From the IMG/VR virus record IMGVR_UViG_3300049194_000050, positions 1-33,721 of that record: a DNA stretch of 33,721 nt. One strand, 5' to 3'. The notes beneath the pieces are model-generated. The model was not told the DNA's origin and made no database searches. It saw only the letters and a list, made by a program, of their open reading frames with translations. Positions within the stretch are counted from its first letter, which is position 1. Each line of letters opens with the position of its first letter. Source of the DNA: a virus (Duplodnaviria; Caudoviricetes). Shown piece after piece: positions 27,707 through 33,721 of the stretch. The position numbers were made by a program, and so were the translations under genes.

Positions 27707-27831
27707 AGACACACTCCCGGAATCGAACCGGGTATGCTGCAATTTGACCACCCTACTTGATAAGCTAGCGTTTTCTTTCATGGTATGCAGCTTAAAGTTT
27801 TCAGCGTTTCACCATGAACGCCCAGTGTGTC
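27707..27831 (-). ncRNA. tRNA-like RNA E5 (125 nt)
   Basis: GACACACT/AGTGTGTC; D-arm GCGTT-CATGGTGA-AACGC; long arm closed by GCTGCA/TGCAGC; CCCGG-TTCGATT-CCGGG. Confidence 0.75.
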
Positions 27832-27982
27832 ATTAATGAATGACAAAAATCTTACTTGTATTGAGAATTTATGAGCTATTCTCTGTTAATCCAATTAACT
27901 CCATTCATAAAAAGCATCAGTACTTTTATAAAATCCTATTTTTTGTACGCAAATCTTTTGCTACTGACACCATAAAAATTTA

Positions 27983-28019
27983 TTGATAAATTACCAATAA
28001 TTGGTACAATGGTACCATA
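27983..28019 (+). promoter_or_regulatory. sigma70-like promoter with operator
   Basis: TTGATA-N16-TACAAT (extended TG), overlapped by TGGTACAATGGTACCATA. Confidence 0.65.
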
Positions 28020-28042
28020 AATTTTACAAAGGGCAAGATGTA

Positions 28043-28228
28043 ATGACAAAAAAAAATAGGAATATAAAAAAAGAGGAAACAAAAAGTTTGCATGTGAGAT
28101 TGCCAGAAGATCTTTGGATATTTGTTAGGTCGGTAGCTTATGATAATAAAATAAGCATGAATGAAGTTATATTAACAATTATTAAAAAATCGAAAGAAAA
28201 AAAAGAAAATTATATTGACTATTTATAA
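28043..28228 (+). CDS. Arc-like ribbon-helix-helix regulator
   Basis: SLHVRLPEDLWIFVRSVAYDNKISMNEVI; ATG 28043 lies downstream of the promoter. Confidence 0.8.
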   Translation: MTKKNRNIKKEETKSLHVRLPEDLWIFVRSVAYDNKISMNEVILTIIKKSKEKKENYIDYL

Positions 28229-28251
28229 TATTATGGTACTATGGGACCATA
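28215..28251 (+). promoter_or_regulatory. sigma70-like promoter with the same operator
   Basis: TTGACT-N16-TACTAT, overlapped by TGGTACTATGGGACCATA. Confidence 0.65.
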
Positions 28252-28276
28252 TACTTAAAAAGGAGATAAATGAAAA

Positions 28277-28459
28277 ATGTCAGAAAAAGAATTTAAACTA
28301 ACCATAACATTGTCAAAGGAGAATTTAAAAAAACTTAAATATTTATCCTTGTTAAAGGACAAAAAACATCCAGATTTAGCAAGAGAAATAATTGAAAAAT
28401 TTGTACAAAGTAAAAAATCTTTTGAAGAGTTAGAAGGAATAGAAATTTTAGCAAAATAG
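28277..28459 (+). CDS. ribbon-helix-helix regulator
   Basis: KLTITLSKENLKKLKYLS...DLAREIIEKFV; SD AAGGAG. Confidence 0.7.
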   Translation: MSEKEFKLTITLSKENLKKLKYLSLLKDKKHPDLAREIIEKFVQSKKSFEELEGIEILAK

Positions 28460-28540
28460 GAATTTAAAATGTTTTCCTGGCTTATGCTTCAACATAAGCC
28501 ACGAATGTAGTAACAACCAATTATTAGAAGGATAATTGAT

Positions 28541-28966
28541 ATGAATAATATACATTTATTTAAAAATATTTCAACTACCAAGGATGGGGGTTGTATGTCA
28601 GTAAAATTAGAAAATGTTAGACAGTCTACCATAGATTTTTTAATAAAATTAATCAGAGAAAATGGTGAAAGATTTGATGAAAGAGAGACTTATAAATTAC
28701 TTTTAAAAGATCTTGATATATTAGATATAAAATTATTTTTAGGAAGAATATTAGATCCATTTGATTATGAATTTTATTCATCTAGCCAAACAAAATTAAA
28801 TGAAGCAATAAAAGATAATTATAAATACATGCAAGATTTAATTGATTTAAATTGTGAGGATGCATATCAAGAATACCATAATGATAAATTAGAAGATTAT
28901 AAAAATGGAATAGATTACTCTTATAAATATAATGGATGTTATGTATATTTAAGAGGAGAAGAATAA
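28541..28966 (+). CDS. hypothetical protein
   Basis: ORF track; alternative start 28595 behind hairpin CAACTACC-AAGGAT-GGGGGTTG. Confidence 0.65.
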   Translation: MNNIHLFKNISTTKDGGCMSVKLENVRQSTIDFLIKLIRENGERFDERETYKLLLKDLDILDIKLFLGRILDPFDYEFYSSSQTKLNEAIKDNYKYMQDLIDLNCEDAYQEYHNDKLEDYKNGIDYSYKYNGCYVYLRGEE

Positions 28967-29106
28967 TGAAAATAAAAGAAGATTATATTTCTCCTAAACA
29001 AAGGGTAACACATACAGAATTAATGGACAAATTTATAGTTTCCATATCATTTGTCGCATTTATAGTTCAATTAGTTATATTTCTTATTTCATAAGGAGAT
29101 GAAATC

Positions 29107-29988
29107 ATGGCATTAAGAGCAGTAAAACCAGAAGAAGTTAGAAAAAGATTAAAAGCTTTATTTTATGGATCTGCTGGCGTTGGTAAAACAACAGCAGCAA
29201 TACAATTTCCAAAGCCATATTTAATAGATACAGAAAAAGGTGCTGAAAATACTCAATATTCAAGAATATTAAAAAATAATGGTGGTGTAATATTTCAAAC
29301 ATCAGATTTTGATGAACTAATAAAAGAAGTAATTTCTTTACTAACTGAAAAACATGAATTTAAAACATTAATAATTGATCCTTTAACTACTCTTTATAAT
29401 GATTTATTAGATAAATCTGCTATCTTTCTTAAAAATCAAAGTAAAGATAAAGATGCTACCGGAACTGAATTTGGTAGACATTATGGTGAAGCAAATAAAA
29501 AGATGAAACATCTTTTGGGGCTTCTTTTAAGATTAGATATGAATGTTATTATAACTAGTCATGCTAAAAATGAATATGCAAGTAATATGGCAGTAATAGG
29601 ATCTACATTTGATTGCTACAAAAAATTAGATTATCTTTTTGATCTCGTTTTTGAAATACAAAAAAGAGGAAAAGAAAGAGTTGGAATAGTTAAAAAATCT
29701 AGAATAGAAGAATTTCCAGATGGAGAAACTTTTCCTTTTTGTTATGAAGAAATAGCAAAAAGATATGGTAAAGAAATATTGGAAAAATATTCTGTTTCAC
29801 AAGAATTAGCCAATACTGATCAAGTGAAGGAAATTATAAGGCTTATAGATCTTATAAAAGTTCCGGAAGAAGTATGGCAAAAATGGTTAGATAAATGCAA
29901 TTCTGAAAAATGGGAAGAGATGCCAAAGGATTCAATATTAAAATGTATTGAACATTTAAAATCTAAATTACAAGGAGAAGTATTATGA
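29107..29988 (+). CDS. AAA_24 / Sak4-like recombination ATPase
   Basis: YGSAGVGKTT, LIDTEKG, TLIIDPLT, VIITSHAK. Confidence 0.85.
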   Translation: MALRAVKPEEVRKRLKALFYGSAGVGKTTAAIQFPKPYLIDTEKGAENTQYSRILKNNGGVIFQTSDFDELIKEVISLLTEKHEFKTLIIDPLTTLYNDLLDKSAIFLKNQSKDKDATGTEFGRHYGEANKKMKHLLGLLLRLDMNVIITSHAKNEYASNMAVIGSTFDCYKKLDYLFDLVFEIQKRGKERVGIVKKSRIEEFPDGETFPFCYEEIAKRYGKEILEKYSVSQELANTDQVKEIIRLIDLIKVPEEVWQKWLDKCNSEKWEEMPKDSILKCIEHLKSKLQGEVL

Positions 29989-30425
29989 GATTCCATCCCT
30001 TGACTGAAGAAGAAATTAAAAGATTATCATTTTTACCAGACGGATTATATTCTTACCAAGTAACTGGAAGTCAGGAAAAAATAGATAGAAATGGAAAAGA
30101 TTATATGGCATTAACTCTTAGGGTTTTTGATACGAATGGATTTGAACATATTATTTTTGTAAATATGTTTATTAAATTATTAAAACACTTCTGTGATGCA
30201 AATAATATGCAAGAAGAGTATAATTCAGGAGATATTCCAGAACATAAATTTTTAAATAAGTCAGGTGGAAAAGTACAAATTGGATTTGAAGATGAGAAAC
30301 AAAATCCAAAAGGAGGAACATTTAAAGCAAAAAATATTGTTAAAGATTTTGTATTAATAGATGAAATAATTACTAACCAAGTAATAAACAATTCTGAATT
30401 TAAAGATAGTGATATTTCATTTTGA
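29985..30425 (+). CDS. putative single-stranded DNA-binding protein (DUF669-like)
   Basis: LPDGLYSYQV...GKDYMALTL; acidic-aromatic tail DSDISF; coupled to the ATPase. Confidence 0.65.
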   Translation: MRFHPLTEEEIKRLSFLPDGLYSYQVTGSQEKIDRNGKDYMALTLRVFDTNGFEHIIFVNMFIKLLKHFCDANNMQEEYNSGDIPEHKFLNKSGGKVQIGFEDEKQNPKGGTFKAKNIVKDFVLIDEIITNQVINNSEFKDSDISF

Positions 30426-30705
30426 CATAAGGAAATATATGAACAGATTAGAAGGTAAAAGGGTATTTTCCATTAATATGTTAATGGTTAGATGGAATAA
30501 GTTACGAGATGAGGTAATATTTTTGTTAGATAAATATAAAATACCTGGCCATGTTATTAACTATCTTTCAACTAATGCACAAGAAGTACAAATGATGATA
30601 GATAAAGCATGGTTTATGGAGAAAGATATTAATAATCTTGAAAAAAAATTAAATCTTCCACATAAGAAGATTAAAGGTAAATTAGTAAATAAGGACAAAA
30701 ATTAA
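30409..30705 (+). CDS. hypothetical (possible excisionase/HTH-like) protein
   Basis: FSINMLMVRW motif; start probably 30439. Confidence 0.45.
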   Translation: MIFHFDIRKYMNRLEGKRVFSINMLMVRWNKLRDEVIFLLDKYKIPGHVINYLSTNAQEVQMMIDKAWFMEKDINNLEKKLNLPHKKIKGKLVNKDKN

Positions 30706-30782
30706 TATGCAATCAGATATCATTGTTAATAATTATTTTAATTTTAATTAAATAAAAATTAAATATGAAGGATAAAACATAA

Positions 30783-31148
30783 ATGAATTTAACTTTTTGG
30801 CTTTACATAGCAGATTTAATTGTAAGGACTTATTCTATATTTGATTTTATTTTTGGTGGGTTCGTTCTTTTTATTTGTATTTTAATTCTTTTAACTACAT
30901 TTGGAACGGATGATAAAGATATACAAACTTTTACTGAAAGTATGTGGAAAAAAATTTACAAAAAACTATGGTTAATAATTTTATTTTTATTATTATTTAT
31001 TGCAATTCCATCAAAAAAAACAATTTATTTAATGTTAGGTTCTTCATACTTATCAAGTAATAATCTTCCAATAAAAATTCAACAAGCATTAGAGCTTAAA
31101 TTAGATGATGTGATTAAAGATTTAAAAGGTAAAAATGACAAAAAATGA
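30783..31148 (+). CDS. membrane protein
   Basis: Two hydrophobic segments, IPSKKTIYLM. Confidence 0.7.
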   Translation: MNLTFWLYIADLIVRTYSIFDFIFGGFVLFICILILLTTFGTDDKDIQTFTESMWKKIYKKLWLIILFLLLFIAIPSKKTIYLMLGSSYLSSNNLPIKIQQALELKLDDVIKDLKGKNDKK

Positions 31149-31285
31149 ACTTCTTGGAAAGTTATGGTTTATAAATCAAAATATGATTGATGTAAATCGG
31201 TTTCACCAAGAAGCATATGATTTGTTATTGAAATATATAAATGACGAAGATATTACTAAGGCATTCAATGAAATTTAAAGAGAGA

Positions 31286-31340
31286 ATATGATGAAAATGG
31301 TGTAAGAAAAAAAATTAATCACAAAGAAGTTATGGAAAGA
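31286..31340 (+). repeat. 55-bp direct repeat, copy 1
   Basis: Identical to 32056-32110 except one G/A. Confidence 0.9.
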
Positions 31341-31355
31341 TAAAAGGAGAAATAA

Positions 31356-31913
31356 ATGCCTTGTTACTCAGAACCACATTCTTATTGTCATCACGAAAAC
31401 AATGAATGCGTAGAGATAAAAAATGATAAATACATAAAATCTGCTATTGATAAATTAACTGATATGTTATGCAAGACATTACGTGAAATAGAATGTCAAA
31501 AACTTAGTATTGATTTAGATGATGATATTAAAATAATTAACAGCTCATTATATAACGTACAAGAAACTATACTTAGATTAGAAGATAAAATAATTAATGA
31601 ATTTAATGAAAAATTAAATACTTTACATTTAATATTAAAAGACTTGAAATTTAAATATGAAATTTTTGTCCAAACACAGTATCCAGAAGTGTTAAAGGAA
31701 AAAATAGATTCATTAGAGCGTTCTTTTGGATTATTAACATCAAAATTCATAACAAAAGACGACATGATTAATTCCCTTGAAAGCAATTCAAAAAAACCGC
31801 ATAGATGTCCTGTTTGTGATGGAAAAGGAATAGAATTTGATAAATTAGGTCGTGGCGAAGGGTGGAATTCATCATGTAGAGCATGTGAAGGTAAGAGGAT
31901 TGTATGGGGGTAA
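31356..31913 (+). CDS. coiled-coil protein with DnaJ-type zinc finger
   Basis: CPVCDGKG and CRACEGKR; SD AAGGAG. Confidence 0.7.
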   Translation: MPCYSEPHSYCHHENNECVEIKNDKYIKSAIDKLTDMLCKTLREIECQKLSIDLDDDIKIINSSLYNVQETILRLEDKIINEFNEKLNTLHLILKDLKFKYEIFVQTQYPEVLKEKIDSLERSFGLLTSKFITKDDMINSLESNSKKPHRCPVCDGKGIEFDKLGRGEGWNSSCRACEGKRIVWG

Positions 31914-32149
31914 AAAATATGTACCAATGTTTAACTTGCGGATCAAAAATAGATCTTATTATAAGATATTTTACGCTTCCTAGTAATTTTATAAATAGTA
32001 ATTCATATTTATTATGTAATGAACATAAGAATTTACACTATTATTGGGATGATATATATGATGAAAATGGTGTAAGAAAAAAAATTAATCACAAAGAAGT
32101 TATAGAAAGAGAAGACAATAGGAGGAGAAAAATAAATGAAAGATCTTAA
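31904..32149 (+). CDS. small Cys/His protein
   Basis: CLTCG...LCNEH; start probably 31919. Confidence 0.55.
   Translation: MGVKNMYQCLTCGSKIDLIIRYFTLPSNFINSNSYLLCNEHKNLHYYWDDIYDENGVRKKINHKEVIEREDNRRRKINERS
32056..32110 (+). repeat. 55-bp direct repeat, copy 2
   Basis: See copy 1. Confidence 0.9.
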
Positions 32150-32495
32150 ACCATGTCCGTTTTGTGGTAAAGAAGCTGAATTTGATATTATGAGTGGATG
32201 GGAAGAAGGATATATCATTATAGATTGCAAACGTGGTTATAGAGTCATGGACTTCCGCGTATCATCATGGATAAATGTTAAAGATGGATTGCCTGAATGG
32301 GGTCAAAGAGTAATAGCATATGAAAGAATGCAAGATGAGGTATTTTGTGCTAGTTATTTCCCGGATGAAAAAGAAAAATTTGATTGTTTTATTATAGATA
32401 TGACTAATGCTAATAAACACATTTTTGAAAATGAAGATTGCCATAAAGATTTTGAAATAACTCACTGGATGCCATTACCGGATAAACCTGAATGA
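32136..32495 (+). CDS. Lar-like N-terminus fused to DUF551 domain
   Basis: LKPCPFCG; WINVKDGLPE...ITHWMPLPDKP. Confidence 0.8.
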   Translation: MKDLKPCPFCGKEAEFDIMSGWEEGYIIIDCKRGYRVMDFRVSSWINVKDGLPEWGQRVIAYERMQDEVFCASYFPDEKEKFDCFIIDMTNANKHIFENEDCHKDFEITHWMPLPDKPE

Positions 32496-32725
32496 AACTT
32501 GAAGATAAAATTATTTTTTCTAGCGAATTGATACAAAGAATACCTGATAATATAGAGGAGGATATACTTTACAAAATGTTCATACAGGCTATATATGCTG
32601 AAATGAATCCAGGATTACTAAAACAAATAAAGTATCATAATAATGTAGAAAAAATTTATATTTATAAGACAAAAGTTTATTGTGTTGATGACCAAGAATT
32701 TATTAATTTTTTAAAAGGTTTATAA
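32492..32725 (+). CDS. hypothetical protein
   Basis: ATGA-coupled ORF. Confidence 0.55.
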   Translation: MKLEDKIIFSSELIQRIPDNIEEDILYKMFIQAIYAEMNPGLLKQIKYHNNVEKIYIYKTKVYCVDDQEFINFLKGL

Positions 32726-32726
32726 A

Positions 32727-32921
32727 ATGAAATTATTAGAATTAATACCAAAATTAAAGCATTTTACTAGAATAAAAAGAAAAGGATGGAAAAATTTTTT
32801 AGTTAGATCAATTTTTACTGATAGGAGTCTTATAGAATGTAATTTTGATTCATTGCAACTAAAAGAATATTTATTTACATATGAAGATCTAATAGCAGAA
32901 GATTGGGAGATTTATGAATGA
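32727..32921 (+). CDS. DUF2829-like protein
   Basis: RIKRKGW...EDLIAEDWEI. Confidence 0.6.
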   Translation: MKLLELIPKLKHFTRIKRKGWKNFLVRSIFTDRSLIECNFDSLQLKEYLFTYEDLIAEDWEIYE

Positions 32922-33397
32922 AATTAGAAAATCAAGTATGTTCATTGGAGTTATCTAAAAAACTTAAAGAATTAGGTGTTAAACAGGAAAGTTTGTTTTA
33001 TTGGGTAATAGGATGTGAACAATTTTGTACAGAAGATAAACCATCAATTATTAACTCAGAATTTCATGACATTATTACTGAAGAATGGGGGGATTGTCAT
33101 TCATATAAAAAAGAGGAAATTTATTCAGCATTCACATTTGCAGAACTTGGTAGAATTCTTCCAAAAGAAATAAAAAGCGATGATAAATTTCATCCATATC
33201 AATTAAATTGTAAATGGGAATTACATTATTCAGATATATATATGTGGCATATAACATATATAAAATATCCTAACGATAAAATATTAGATTATCTTATTTA
33301 TGATAAAAATGAAGCTAATGCACGAGCAAAAATGCTTATTTACCTCATAAAAAATGGATTGGTTAAAGTAGATGATATAAATTATGTTAAAAGATAA
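32918..33397 (+). CDS. conserved phage hypothetical protein
   Basis: VCSLELSKKLKELGV...SAFTFAELG...NEANARAKMLIYL. Confidence 0.7.
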   Translation: MKLENQVCSLELSKKLKELGVKQESLFYWVIGCEQFCTEDKPSIINSEFHDIITEEWGDCHSYKKEEIYSAFTFAELGRILPKEIKSDDKFHPYQLNCKWELHYSDIYMWHITYIKYPNDKILDYLIYDKNEANARAKMLIYLIKNGLVKVDDINYVKR

Positions 33398-33721
33398 ATT
33401 ATGCTCTTTAAAGTTATCAAAAAAATTAAAAGAATCTGGATATAATATACCAAGTTTATTCTATTGGGTTAAAAATAAAGAAAATGATGATTGGTATATA
33501 ACAACAAAAAAAAATGATAAAGGATTAAATGAAATATTTGAATTACGCGATTTAACTATATATGGATTTGGTTGCCAATGTTGCAATGAATTTTATGATA
33601 TAGATGAAAATAAAATATATCCAGCATTAATGAGTGATGATTTAGGAAATATAATTATGTATTTTCAGAAAAATAATTCTGATTATATAGTAGATAGTTA
33701 TTTTGAATATATATATTATGT
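33384..33721 (+). CDS. paralog of preceding gene (runs off window end)
   Basis: MLKDKLCSLKLSKKLKESG...SLFYWV. Confidence 0.65.
   Translation, partial: MLKDKLCSLKLSKKLKESGYNIPSLFYWVKNKENDDWYITTKKNDKGLNEIFELRDLTIYGFGCQCCNEFYDIDENKIYPALMSDDLGNIIMYFQKNNSDYIVDSYFEYIYY

Noticed and set aside
26311-27831. Stop-codon reassignment suggested by UCA/CUA/UUA triplets in tRNA-like loops
   Set aside because: Long genes are intact in code 11 and TAA, TAG and TGA all end genes; the loops are not canonical anticodon arms.
27321-27831. CRISPR array or tmRNA
   Set aside because: The recurring ATTGCCATAA is a short stem end rather than a full repeat, no cas genes are present, and there is no G3-U70 pair or tag reading frame.
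28478-28501. Hairpin TGGCTTATG-CTTCAA-CATAAGCCA as a terminator
   Set aside because: No U-tract follows on either strand; it may be a processing site but there is no further support.
31286-32110. Diversity-generating retroelement TR/VR pair
   Set aside because: Only one mismatch, short length, and no reverse transcriptase in the window.

Overview
AT-rich segment covering most of a P22-like (short-tailed) phage genome. The minus strand (about 1.1-27.8 kb) carries, in transcription order: a tRNA/tRNA-like cluster, a plasmid-type Rep protein with a downstream DnaA-box origin candidate, a VRR-NUC nuclease, lysozyme, TerS, TerL, portal, scaffold, P22-type coat, gp4/gp10-like head-completion proteins, three ejection-protein candidates and several tail fibre/appendage genes. 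The plus strand (28.0-33.7 kb) carries an early region with two ribbon-helix-helix regulators, a Sak4-like ATPase plus SSB candidate and many small accessory genes. No integrase, CRISPR array or reverse transcriptase is visible. Two non-coding signals stand out. (1) About 17 short hairpins present A-N-G-G-A in the loop, mostly on or near the ribosome-binding sites of 14 genes; this is the CsrA/RsmA binding signature and suggests a phage-wide post-transcriptional regulon. (2) A head-to-tail array holds one canonical tRNA-Gln(UUG) and four remodelled tRNA-like RNAs, with a fifth 1 kb away; most have 8-bp acceptor stems and rebuilt anticodon arms. Protein family calls are from motif recognition and gene order only; no searches or folding programs were run.
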